From contig NIVC01000434.1 in assembly GCA_002269645.1 (NCBI GenBank), positions 1 through 64,000 on the forward strand: a stretch of DNA of 64,000 nucleotides, written 5' to 3'. Under the pieces are notes generated by a model. The model did no database searches. It was not told the origin of the DNA and saw only the letters and a program-made list of their open reading frames with translations. The translations under genes were made by a program, and so were the position numbers. Source of the stretch: Macrostomum lignano. Lineage: Eukaryota. This document shows, piece by piece, positions 15,975 to 27,492 of this stretch (position 1 is the stretch's first letter; every line of letters begins with the position of its first letter).

Positions 15975-16169
15975 CAGCCACTATTTATTTATAGTTAGGC
16001 ATGTACACTTCACTGTGCCTTGGCGGGTTGGCCCTAAAGGGCGTTAATTGCACGAACAGAGCCAAGCTGAGATTCCAATTTAACCCAAAATTAATGTAAC
16101 TGCACTTGGAATCGAGCCTGGGCTGTTGGCACATCAGAGCGCCGCGCTTGACCACTGGGCTACGGCCCC
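15975..16169 (-). mobile_element. tRNA-derived SINE, copy C (5' half)
   Basis: Minus strand reads GGGGCCGTAGCCCAGTGGTC (A-box) ... GGCTCGATTCC (B-box), then gcagttacatta.tttggg and gggccaacccgccaaggcacagtgaagtgtacatgcctaa, matching copy A (gggtcaaccaccaaggcacagagagtgtacatgactaa). No acceptor stem, so not a tRNA. Confidence 0.7.
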
Positions 16170-16615
16170 TTGCCGAGATGCCGAGGGTTAACTGAGAGTT
16201 TTTGGTAGCCCAAGCATAGTATAGGGTTAGGGTTAAGCAAATAGATTAATGGGAAGCTTTGATGCCAAGGCTCAGAGTCGTAGTATGAACTAATTTTTAT
16301 GCAGTGGCGGATTTTAAATAGGTAATTATGAGCTTTCAGTATCAAAATGCTATGAGGCCTTGATTTTTTGTTATAATCATTGCCACTCATTTTTAACCTC
16401 TGGGTCTGCGCCAATAAGTACTCATTGCAAAAAACATTTTAAATAACCATCAAAATGGAGTACTTAATTGAGTTGAATTTCACCACCAAACGATTAGACT
16501 GAGTCATAGACGCTTGAAAAAAGTTTGGCCAATGAGTTAACTAAAATGCTCGAGTTAGCCATACTTGTAGTTATCTCTATATAAAACTTTCCCAAAGCTA
16601 GTTCAGAGAGGTCTG

Positions 16616-16617
<2 letters not shown>

Positions 16618-16667
<50 letters not shown>
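16618..16667 (+). repeat. (CT)n microsatellite
   Basis: Direct reading. Confidence 0.92.
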
Positions 16668-16919
16668 AACTGATGTTTTTTTCTATCAGGGGATTAGCAA
16701 ACAAATTGCTACGTTTAGCTATAATTGTGCCTGCATTAATAAGAGTCGACTTAATTGTTAAAACAAATTTGGATAAAATATTATCATTAGACACATCAGC
16801 TGTTAATGTTGCTATAGATTGAAATACACTTTTGCTTGAGTATACAATCGTATGTGTATAATATATTATAGTATTAACATATTTTATACTTTATATTGCT
16901 TTATTAATAGTATATTGGA

Positions 16920-16955
16920 CTAGCAATCTGAGCCCCCTTGAGGGGGGCAATAAGA
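16920..16955 (-). mobile_element. Helitron-like 3' terminus, second copy
   Basis: Minus strand: gccccc-ctcaa-gggggc tcagattg CTAG|T; same terminal sequence as the 15891 copy. Confidence 0.45.
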
Positions 16956-18291
16956 AATAAGATGTTTAAAGCCAGCTATCTACGATATCTAACCTAGCCT
17001 AAGATACCAGCATCCCCTATGAGCTCTGGCACCAAAGCTCAGCTGTAATCTATGGCTTGAACCTACCTCTCCCTTTGATGCTTGGCCTAGCGAAAACTCC
17101 CTTGGCATCTCAGCAACCCCCCTCCCCCAATGAACCAGAAACCAGAACATTTCAGCAATCCCCTCTCATTAGCCTTGACATCTCAGCCATTCCTCCACGA
17201 GCCTTGACACCTCAGCGCGCAATTCCCCCAAGAGCCACAGCATATCAGCAGTTCCCCCATAAATCTTTACATCTCAGGGACTTTGCCCTATTGATAAGTA
17301 TTTATACCTTAATAAATTTGTATGCATTTATACACACATATGCATATACAGCACATGCACCCTGAATGATAAAAAATGAGACCTCAAGCTACTGGCTATT
17401 TTGGATAAATCGCGTATTCTTATTTAATAATGACCAGTATTGCTTGTCAACAATTTTTAAATAATTCCAGATAAGCAAAGCGACAACCAAAATTTTTCAC
17501 ACGCCTTACTCGTATCTTTTCTGCTAATGAAAATTTTCCATTTAGCCAGAGAAGTGCACGCAAACAACTCATGCATTAGGTCGTATATTGCCTGCCAGAC
17601 ATAATAAAATGGTACCGACAGTGAGCTCAAATATTTGATATTTATTACACTGGGTTTACGTCTACAAGAATGGCTTTCTTGTTGGCTCACGTGTGCATGA
17701 AACTGAGATTATGCGAGCTAGCTAATGCACTGTAATTAGACACCATTAATAAAAAAGAGAATACCAAGAAATTATCAATTATAAGGCTTTTCTGTGCCAC
17801 AAAAACTCTTAAAGCTCCGGTTTGTTAATTTATAATGCCTCTGCTTTTTAATAATGGATGCAATCAAAGACATAGGAATGGGAACTTCTGTAATTACATG
17901 TAATTGCCAAAAAAAACAGAAACTGCAAGCGTAGAAAAAGAGGTTTGCGCGTTGTGTTGTGTGTTGCTTTGGGCGAAAAATATGCAATACAAAGACTTTA
18001 CATAGATATCCAAATACAGACATTAGTTTTATTAAGTATATTACGTACATGTGCCGAATCGCTAATGGTTTAGTATACATATACAGCTTCTACAAAACAG
18101 AAAAGTATATTTGGGATGTTCTTGCAGAAACAATCGATTAACTCCTAGAGGTCTAAATTACAAGCACGCATTAGCAGAGAGAAATGTTTAATAGAAAAGT
18201 GATAAAACAATCCTTTTAGACTTTCTCTAGATGGATTTGTGGTCATGGCTGGTTTTATTGGATAATCCATACACTGTATAGATGAATGCTA

Positions 18292-18650
18292 ACTGGTGTT
18301 GAGCCATAGACTATATCATAATCGGCACTGGTGTTGAACCATAGACTATATCATAACCGTCACTGGTGTTGAACCATAGACTATATCATAACCGTCACTG
18401 GTGTTGAACCATAGACTATATCATAACCGGCAACTGGTGTTGAACCATAGACTATATCATTATCGGCAACTAGTCTTGAACCATAGACTATATCATTATC
18501 GGCAACTAGTCTTGAACCATAGACTATATCATTATCGGCAACTAGTCTTGAACCATAGACTATATCATTATCGGCAACTAGTCTTGAACCATAGACTATA
18601 TCATTATCGGCAACTAGTCTTGAACCATAGACTATATCATTATCGGCAGC
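18292..18650 (+). repeat. 35/36-bp minisatellite (CGGCAACTAGTCTTGAACCATAGACTATATCATTAT)
   Basis: About 10 copies; earlier units carry the GGTG variant, later units the AGTC variant. Confidence 0.95.
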
Positions 18651-19151
18651 TTGCCGTGAGCAGTAGACTGTATCCTTGATTAGCAGTTTCAGCTACACGG
18701 TAACATGCTATATATCCATCCTGATTGACAATCGAACCACATATTGTAACTCGGTTTGTGATTGCTTTTGACCCAATGGGCTATATATTTGTTGTTAATA
18801 GATCTTAAGCAATGAAATATGCCATTTAATTGGTACATAACTTACACAGTACTCTAAATAAATTAATGGCACAGATTCTGAGTTTCAAATTAGCTCGTAT
18901 CAGAATCAGAAAATGAGACTAAAAATTATAACAACACAAAGCAAGCAATTCAAATTCTCGCTTAATTAACTGCCAATGAGTTGAGTGCTTCAAGGTAAAA
19001 AACCGGAAGGTGAGTTGATCGCATATTTCAATAGTAGCTATAGGATTGATTTCGCTTTGATTTCGACACATAACTTATACAGTGGCGCAAATTTGATATT
19101 TTCAGTTTTAAATTTGTACAGATACTCGCGTATAAAAAGTAGCCAGTAAGC

Positions 19152-19370
19152 CTGTGGCGGAACTTACAGGAGAGGGTGGGGGTTTGTAGCCCCCGGGGGA
19201 CTAGCGGTACTACCCACAGGGGGCTGATTCCCCAATTATGTTTTTTTCATTGGGTAAGCATAAAGGTGGACTGCGTGGTGGAGGGACAGGGTTTGATCTT
19301 TGAACTTGATTATTGTGATCACCGGAAGGAGGGGGGGGGGGTTACCACTGGAGGTGCTGCGCCGCCACTG
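19152..19370 (+). mobile_element. Possible hAT-like MITE with CAGTGGCGG-type ends
   Basis: Begins CTGTGGCGG and ends CCGCCACTG with G/C-run subterminal blocks; no clear TSD. Confidence 0.35.
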
Positions 19371-19634
19371 CAGATAATGGAGAAAAGCTTTGATTTTGTC
19401 TATAAACTGAGCAGTTCACTGTGACCAAAATACATAAGCACAGTAATTTTACAACTAAATTTAGACAGCAAAATTTTAAAACAGAGGAGAAGATTGTTAC
19501 AGAAAACGCAACAGATTGTTTGACTAAATAACAGTTTCTAATGCTGGCTTCAAATCTATGGTGGCTGCTAACGATTTTTGTACATGTCGGCTTACCTACA
19601 CGGGGATCGGCTGTAAAGCTCGTGAGTCAGCTGC

Positions 19635-21956
19635 TCAAACAGCCGTGCTGTAGCCTTCATCGTCCTGCGCGTTTGGCTTGTGCTGACCTCCGCCGATGCG
19701 TTGCGCCATGGCGACAGCCGCGGCCTGCTGGGCGATGACGACCGGCTGCAGGGGCTGAGGATGCGGCGGCGGAGGCGGCGGTAGATCCACCGAGGCCAGC
19801 GAAACAGTGGCAGTGGCGGCGGAGCTGTTGACAACTGCTCCTTCTGGTATGCAATCGTCAACGTTGGATGCGCGCACGTAGGTCCCGCCTGACGGGCTGC
19901 AGATTGAAGCAGACGATGCCGGAAGTTGCTGCTGATGCTGTTGTTGCTGCTGATGCTGCATGCGCTGACGAAGCAACGCCGGATCGACAGGCGGTGGCGG
20001 TAGCGGAGGATTTCCGGATGTTGCTGCGGAGGTTGACGTTTTAGTGATGGTAGCGTACAGATCACCGTGCAAGGGGCACGGCTTGGCACCTGGCAGCGTG
20101 CCGTGCTGATGCTGGTGCTGGTGCTGCTGGTGCTGCTGCTGCTGCGGTGTGCCCGACCGGGAAGCCTCCTGTCCGTGCACGGGACACGGTGCACCAACGA
20201 ACTGTCTGGAACCGTGCACGGGACACTCTCCACACGGCCCGTGCTGGTGCTGATGCGGCAGAGTGCCACCACAGGCTGGACGGTTCACCGGCGATCGGAT
20301 GGTCACGTAGCCAGGTGGCTCGAATGAGAGCTCCGCCTGGTGTTGCTGCTGCTGCGAGTCTATAATCAGAGGATGCTGCTGTTGCTGCTGCTGGTATTGA
20401 ACTCTCTTCTTGCCGTCAATAGTAGTCGCTCCGCTTGTATAGCCATTCTCGCCCGCGACTTCAACCCCGACGACGCTACTGCCGACGCCGCGACCGCCGC
20501 CTCCGCCTGTGCGACTCTGCAGCTGGCTGTAGCTCGCCTGCTGCGCGTAGGACGGCGGGGCTTTCCTTCCACCGCCGGCCACTCCGACAGCGACCGCACT
20601 GCTACTACCGTTCGACCGCGGGCTATTCCTGGTGTAGTGGTAGAAAAACACGCCGCCAATCATTAGAGCGCAGGTGATCACAATCACAGCACCGATGCTG
20701 ACTACGGTAACTAGGCGCTTATTGAGCATAGCGGACTTTGTAGTATCAACAATCAGGCGGTGCTTGAGACTCGCTGAGCCGCGCTCGTTGTTCACTGCGC
20801 ACATGTAGACACCCTGGTCTTTCACCTGTACGCTGGTGATTGTTAGAGTAGCTTCAAAGTGGACGCTCTCCTTTGACTGCCACGGATGGTAGCCCTTCTG
20901 GTAGGTTATTCGAGTCGAAGGAGTGTTCTCTCCAAACAGCCATACAGTGTCGCCTTTGGGATCGCTGAAGAACTGGCAGCTCATGGTAACATTGCTCCCC
21001 TGCGGCACCTTGTGCTCTGTTTTAGTTCCCGCCGCAAACACCTGCGGCTTGCACTGGAACTGCGTGACTCGAGTTTGCCTATCAAATAGGCGCACGCCGA
21101 CCATGCCCGGGTAGCGAATCTCCGGATCTGGCGACGGGCCGGCGCAAGTTACTATGCCGGAAAATATCTCCTTCTCGCTGACCTTGGTCCTGTACCACTC
21201 CATGATCCAGCGCAGATGACAGTCGCACTCCCATTTATTACCGCCCATGCTTAAATTCCTGAGTGGCATTGCGCTGAGATCTTTTTGCATCAAGCCTGTG
21301 TTTGGCAGCGTCTTTAGATTGCAACTTCGCAGGTCCAGTTCTTTTAACCGGTTAAGGCCGCTGAATGCGCCCTCTTTAATGACCAGATCTGTTGTTCCTT
21401 GCAAGTCGAGAATTTCCAAAGTTTCTTTCTGCGCTTTGAAAAAGCCGTCGTCAAGTACAATTTGAAGGTTGCCCATGCGCAGTTCGCGAAGGTTGGTTAG
21501 CGGTTTAAGAAATAAATTGTTCGTAATGCGCAAATAGTTCTTTGATATTTTTAATTGTTGCAGTTTCTGCAGCGGCTTGAAAGCGCCTTCCGCGATGTCT
21601 TCAATAATGTTTTGCTCTAGATTGAGGAGCTCCAAATGCGGATAGTTAATAAAAGAGTTTTCGTGCAGATTCTTAATGCAGTTCTTCTCTAGTCTTAGCT
21701 CAAACAGCTCGTTGCCTCGAATGTCGGTTGGTACGTCGCTAAGTTCGCTGGAGGCGCAAATTGCTCGGGTGCGCACGCCCGACATGAGCTTCGAGCACAC
21801 GCTGCCCGAATTCGGGGCGCCGACCGTGCCGGAGCAATGAGACTGCTCCTGTCTGGCTGATATTACAGACTGCGCTATCGCTGACGCTTGCAGTGACAGC
21901 AGCAGCAGCAGCCACGCCAGCAGATGTGTCAGCAGGTACCGCTCCGTTGTAGACAT
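19635..21956 (-). CDS. Kekkon-like LRR + Ig single-pass transmembrane receptor (LIG family), 773 aa, intronless CDS
   Basis: Hydrophobic signal peptide (LLAWLLLLLSLQASA); LRRNT (C..CS...CASSELSDVP); 7 LRRs (LFELRLEKN, LELLNLEQN, LQQLKISKN, LRELRMGN, LEILDLQG, LKELDLRSC, LRNLSMGGN); LRRCT (NKWECDCHLRW...VTCAGP); one Ig domain (NVTMSCQ...W...LTITSVQVKDQGVYMCAVNN); TM helix (LVTVVSIGAVIVITCALMIGGVFFY); low-complexity tail ending DDEGYSTAV (class I PDZ-binding motif). The 7-LRR/1-Ig layout and terminal DEGY resemble Drosophila Kekkon proteins; orthology is not tested. Confidence 0.9.
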   Translation of the reverse strand: MSTTERYLLTHLLAWLLLLLSLQASAIAQSVISARQEQSHCSGTVGAPNSGSVCSKLMSGVRTRAICASSELSDVPTDIRGNELFELRLEKNCIKNLHENSFINYPHLELLNLEQNIIEDIAEGAFKPLQKLQQLKISKNYLRITNNLFLKPLTNLRELRMGNLQIVLDDGFFKAQKETLEILDLQGTTDLVIKEGAFSGLNRLKELDLRSCNLKTLPNTGLMQKDLSAMPLRNLSMGGNKWECDCHLRWIMEWYRTKVSEKEIFSGIVTCAGPSPDPEIRYPGMVGVRLFDRQTRVTQFQCKPQVFAAGTKTEHKVPQGSNVTMSCQFFSDPKGDTVWLFGENTPSTRITYQKGYHPWQSKESVHFEATLTITSVQVKDQGVYMCAVNNERGSASLKHRLIVDTTKSAMLNKRLVTVVSIGAVIVITCALMIGGVFFYHYTRNSPRSNGSSSAVAVGVAGGGRKAPPSYAQQASYSQLQSRTGGGGGRGVGSSVVGVEVAGENGYTSGATTIDGKKRVQYQQQQQQHPLIIDSQQQQHQAELSFEPPGYVTIRSPVNRPACGGTLPHQHQHGPCGECPVHGSRQFVGAPCPVHGQEASRSGTPQQQQHQQHQHQHQHGTLPGAKPCPLHGDLYATITKTSTSAATSGNPPLPPPPVDPALLRQRMQHQQQQQHQQQLPASSASICSPSGGTYVRASNVDDCIPEGAVVNSSAATATVSLASVDLPPPPPPHPQPLQPVVIAQQAAAVAMAQRIGGGQHKPNAQDDEGYSTAV

Positions 21957-23464
21957 GATCCTCCTAGCTGCTCTGTTGTCAGCTTCAGCAATTCGGCTGC
22001 GGCGGCAATGTTCTGCTTGTCTGGGTACGCTCGTAGTAGCGGACAGCTAGTAGAGGATGCTAAGTGCGTCGTGTCTGAAACGAAGCGAGAATATAAAGTT
22101 AGAACTTTATTAAGCTCATAGAGAGTTACCATCTCGAATAGGCATCGGAGTTCTCACATCATTATTTCAAGACTCTGAAACTGCTTCGATCTTCTGAAAC
22201 TCTATGCCATGGTCTTCATAAAACTCCTATGGTGATGCGTAATCTCAAGGAGCTGTCTGTATGTTTTCCATAGATTTTAAAAATCACACCCTATTGGGGG
22301 TTGAGTGCGCTAGTTCATATATACTAAAATTCATCTAAACTAAACAAGTGAGAGATAGAATCAGTAAACCTACGTTATGCTCACTATTTTATCAAGAAAT
22401 TAAAATGCTAGTATTTGTTTAGCCCAATAATTATTAGCTAGTTCAACTTAGTAAATGCTACAAAACTGAAGCTCATTAAGTCCGAGAGTAAAATGAACTT
22501 TACGACAACAATGAGAGCGCCTGTGATCTAGAAGATCCAACTGCATGGGTAGCTAAGCTGAGCCGAATGAATCAGCCACACAATAGAGTATACTATAATA
22601 GCACTGCTTGCATCCAGAAAAACCTTCATTCCTTGTTCCACTGTTGACATTTCAATAGGCAGGCTAATACATTTATTCATGGGCTTGGACAGTTAACGCT
22701 GCGTACTCCTAACCACCCACCAGCTAATCCCAAAGCTTATAAATTCTATTAGCTATCGCATTCCAACTATAGCAACCAAAGCCCTTGGATCCCCAGCCCC
22801 AGTAACTAGAATTCACCGTACTATTCAGGTTAAAAAATACCTGTCACGCCAGCTTTCTATCATTTTGCTTCGTAGGCCTGACGCTAGCTTATCCTCGACC
22901 TCTTTACTTTGCAGTCAGTTTCGCCGAAACAGTCACGTCATCGCGCGCGTAGCGATCAAGCGAAACGCACTCGCATTCCCAAGAGAGGGGGGCGAATGAA
23001 TGAACTCAAAACCTTTGCTGGCGCATGTAGCTGAGCAAAATAGCCCAAGACAGGGCTGCATCTCAAGACCAGCGTAGAGAGACGCGGACAGCAGAAAGAT
23101 TCATGGGAATTTCTGGTCTTACACATGCTATTGCTCTCTGCCTCTCTCGCTTACTAACCCTGGTCCTTGTTCAGCTTGTGTGTCAGTATTGCTACTGTCT
23201 TTCTGTCTCTTGCTGACGTGAAAAATCCATCCTTCCGGTGTTGTATAGCCATAGGAGCAGAGTAAATACAGAGATGCAATTCCTTCGTGCATTTATAATT
23301 TGTAGACACGGGTTTTATTATAGACAGGGGTCTGCGAGATTCCTTCAAGCAAAAATTTACTTGCCGAGCTTTCTTGCGTCAAAATTTCCTCATTGTGATT
23401 TTCTGATTTCTCTGCTATTCCGCACCGACTCCTCATAGGGACATACCAGCTGTGATTTTCTCGT

Positions 23465-23790
23465 CGGGGGTATTTCCGGGTCGGAATTTCCCAATCGGGA
23501 TTTTCCCGTCGGATTTACCCCGTCAGGATTTTTTCGTAAGGATTTCTCTGTTAAGAGTTCAACATCGGGACATACATGTAAGTACTTCCAAGAAGAGATT
23601 TCCCAAACGGTATTCCCCCCAATGGATTCCCCAAACTAAATTTTCCCGAAGGGATTTCCCAACCGGGATTTCCCAATCGGGATTTCCCAATTGGGATTTC
23701 TCGAAGAGGTTTCCCGAAGGGATTTCCCAATCGGGATTTCTCGAAGGGATTTCCTAATCGGGATTTCTCGAAGGGATTTCCGGGAATTCA
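23465..23790 (+). repeat. Cluster of GGGATTT(C/T)CC-type short repeats
   Basis: Four exact GGGATTTCCC plus roughly eight variants at about 13-14 bp spacing. Confidence 0.8.
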
Positions 23791-25029
23791 CTAACTGCTT
23801 TTCATTCTTGTTCAAGTTTTCCTCGGCAATTTTAACGAAAAAAACTCCCGCTGACAGCCTCGTCCATAAAAACATATTTAGAGTCCCCAAAAGGAAAATA
23901 ACTCGCAATTTAAATAGTTTATTTTCATTGTTATAAGCGACGTTTTCTATTGTGGGAAGAATGGGAAGAGAAATTACAGCAGCTCATTCTTTGTTCTTTA
24001 CAGTAGTTGGAACTATTAAGAGTGTCGTTGCCATCAACACGGAGGGAACAAAGCTGGTGGCTGACAGGTTGGCTTAGTGTTGACTTTGCTGGTGTGAATT
24101 CTTCACTGCAGGGCGCGGATGGCGGGAGAGAGAGGGGAAAAAGTGAGGAACGAAAGGGGATCTCTCGGCATTCTTCCCTCGGAGGGCTACTGCTATAGGA
24201 TTACACTGAGCGTACTAAACTGCGCAAAATGAGAAACTAAGAGACAGATTTAACTTTCCTTTACTGTGCCTACCCTCTTGTACCTGTCTTTCTATCTGTC
24301 CTACTTTGACTACTTTTATAATATCCTATTTCTTTTCGTGCGGCGGTAAATACCCCAGACGTTGCTCTCCCTTCCTTCCTTCCTTCCTTCCGTGGTCTTT
24401 CCGTCCCAAAGTTGCTACCCTCTTTTTAAACGGCCTTTCCCCGGTCCAGGCTAAAATAAAAAGTAAACTCACTTCGCCCTCGTATAGGCCCTCTTGTTTC
24501 TACTTCTACATTTACCAGAGCCCATGTGAGAGCTGGAAACTATAAGAAAACTTTCTTCTGCACACTGAAGACTTTTTCCCTTCACTCTCGTTTTTTGCTG
24601 CTTTTAAAAAAGACTCGCAAATCGTTACTGCTGCCCGTATGCTCCGGCTGCGCTTACTCTACCCTCTAACCCTGCTTCTGTTCTGTGTTGACTTTTCTTC
24701 AGTTTTGCCCGCGGAAGTCGCATAATACCTTTTGGTAGATAGATTTGTTTGGCCTTCTACCGGACTGTCTTCCTCGCGACAGTTTCGCGTCGGGGTATTT
24801 TTTTAAACTAAAAGAGAAAAATCACGGGACCACGGCTGCCAGGGATTTCAGAAACGAATTGTCGGAGCACTTGCGCCAGATAGTGACTGTTGCTGCTTTG
24901 CTTTGCCGATGCTAAGATGCGAAGTTTATCTTACCATTCGCGAGGCCATTTCTATATTTGGTTTGTGCTTCAAAGATGGAGACTACGTTTTTTTCTATTT
25001 TAGTGAATAGAAAAGTTGAAGAAAGACAG

Positions 25030-26858
25030 GAGAGACGAGAGAGGCGAGGAGAGGAGAGGAGAGGAGAGGAGAGGAGGAGAGGAGAGGAGAGGAGAGGAGA
25101 GGAGAGGAGAGGAGGAGAGGAGAGGAGAGGAGAGGAGAGTAGAGGAGAGGAGGGAGAGTAGAGGAGAGGAGAGGAGAGGAGGAGAGGGGAGAGGAGAGGA
25201 GAGGAGAGGAGGAGAGGAGAGGAGAGGAGAGGAGAGGAGGAGAGGAGAGGAGAGGAGAGGAGAGGAGAGGAGGAGAGGAGAGGAGAGGAGAGGAGAGGAG
25301 AGGAGAGGAGAGGAGAGGAGGAGAGGAGAGGAGAGGAGAGGAGAGGAGAGTAGGAGAGTAGGGGAGAGGAGAGGAGAGGAGAGGAGAGGAGGAGAGAGGA
25401 GGAGAGGAGAGGAGAGGAGAGGAGAGGAGAGGAGGAGAGGAAAGGAGAGGAGAGGAGGAGAGGAAAGGAGAGGAGAGGAGGAGAGGAAAGGAGAGGAGAG
25501 GAGAGGAGAGAAGAGGAGAGTAGAAGAGAGGAGGGGAGAGTAGAGGAGAGGAGAGGAGAGTAGAGGAGAGGAGGGGAGAGGAGAGGAGATGAGACGAGGG
25601 AGAGGAGAGGAGAGGAGAGGAGAGGAGGGAGAAGAGAGGAGAGGAGAGGAGAGGAGGGGAGAGGAGAGGAGAGGAGAGGAGAGGAGAGGAGGAGAGGAAA
25701 GGAGAGGAGAGGAGAGGAGGAGAGGAAAGGAGAGGAGAGGAGAGGAGAGGAGAGGAGAGGAAAGGAGAGGAGAGGAGGAGAGAGAGAGGAGAGGAGAGGA
25801 GAGGAGGGGAGAGGAGAGGAGAGGAGAGGAGAGGAGAGGAGAGGAGGGGAGAGGAGAGGAGAGGAGAGGAGAGGAGAGGAGAGGAGGAGAGAAAGGAGAG
25901 GAGAGGAGAGGAGGAGAGGAAAGGAGAGGAGAGGAGAGGAGAGGAGAGGAGAGGAGAGGAAAGGAGAGGAGAGGAGGAGAGGAGAGGAGAGGAGAGGAGA
26001 GGAGAGGAGAGGAGAGGAAAGGAGAGGAGGAGAGAGGAGAGGAGAGGAGAGGAGAGGAGAGGAGAGGAGAGGAGAGGGAGGAGAGGAGGAGAGGAGAGGA
26101 GAGGAGAGGAGAGTAGAGGAGAGGAGGGGAGAGGAGAGGAGAGGAGAGGAGAGGAGGAGAGAGGAGGAGAGGAGAGAGAGAGGAGAGGAGAGGAGAGGAG
26201 GAGAGAGGAGGAGAGGAAAGGAGAGGAGAGGAGGAGAGGAAAGGAGAGGAGAGGAGGAGAGGAAAGGAGAGGAGAGGAGAGGAGAGAAGAGGAGAGTAGA
26301 AGAGAGGAGGGGAGAGTAGAGGAGAGGAGAGGAGAGGAGAGTAGAGGAGAGGAGGGGAGAGGAGAGGAGATGAGACGAGGGGAGAGGAGAGGAGAGGAGA
26401 GGAGAGGAGGGGAGAAGAGAGGAGAGGAGAGGAGAGGAGGGGAGAGGAGAGGAGAGGAGAGGAGAGGAGAGGAGGAGAGGAAAGGAGAGGAGAGGAGAGG
26501 AGGAGAGGAAAGGAGAGGAGAGGAGAGGAGAGGAGAGGAGGAGAGGAAAGGAGAGGAGAGGAGGAGAGGAGAGGAGAGGAGAGGAGAGGAGGGGAGAGGA
26601 GAGGAGAGGAGAGGAGAGGAGAGGAGAGGAGAGGAGGGGAGAGGAGAGAGAGGAGAGGAGAGGAGAGAGAGGAGGAGAGGAAAGGAGAGGAGAGAGAGAG
26701 GAGGAGAGGAAAGGAGAGGAGAGGAGAGGAGAGGAGAGGAGAGGAAAGGAGAGGAGAGGAGGAGAGGAGAGGAGAGGAGAGGAGAGGAGAGGAAAGGAGA
26801 GGAGAGGAGGAGAGGAGAGGAGAGGAGAGGAGAGGAGAGTAGAGTAGAGGAGAGAAGA
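25030..26858 (+). repeat. (GAGAG)n purine-rich satellite, about 1.8 kb
   Basis: Almost pure G/A on the plus strand; degenerate pentamer with a GAG variant. Confidence 0.97.
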
Positions 26859-27492
26859 GTTGATACTGAGTAAAAAATAGAAGACAAAGATGGAACAAGA
26901 GAAGGGCGCAGGAGAAAAAATCGTTGTATAAGAATAAGGACAACGCGACCTAACAATTACAATGGCAAATGCGATTTTTTCAGAAGATGATTCTATTTGA
27001 CTAAATAAACTCTGAGCTAGGCCTACCCGTATGCATTTTTGTTGTACTATTGCTACTCGTTATACTAAATAAAATGACTATGTACAGTATAAGTTGGCGG
27101 ACCCAAACCGAAAAAAATGATTGATGATTGGCGGACTAACTCTCTGAACTCCCCGCCCCATCTACATGTTCCCAGCGCTCTCTCTCTCTCTCTCCCTCTC
27201 TTTCTCTCTCTCCCTCTCTCTCGATTTTAACTTGCAACCCCGTTTGGCAGCAGAATTGGCGGCCTTACATGCATGTTGTTTTCTATGCAGAAGTAGCTGT
27301 TGGCGAGCCACGGATGGATCCGCTGTCAGTCGGGTAAAAACCCACTGAAACCGCCCACCCTGGGATCGACCTATTTCACTCAGTCTGTCACTGAGACTTC
27401 GGTTAGCAACTGAATGAGCTTATATCTAATTATTGCTTTTTAGTGACTTGGCTTTGTTTAGACAATTATATGCTCAATAGTAACATGAGTTC

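Noticed and set aside
16095-16169. Possible tRNA genes at 16169 (-), 60648 (+) and 62450 (-)
   Set aside because: A/B boxes are present, but there is no acceptor stem or cloverleaf, and each continues into a shared SINE body.
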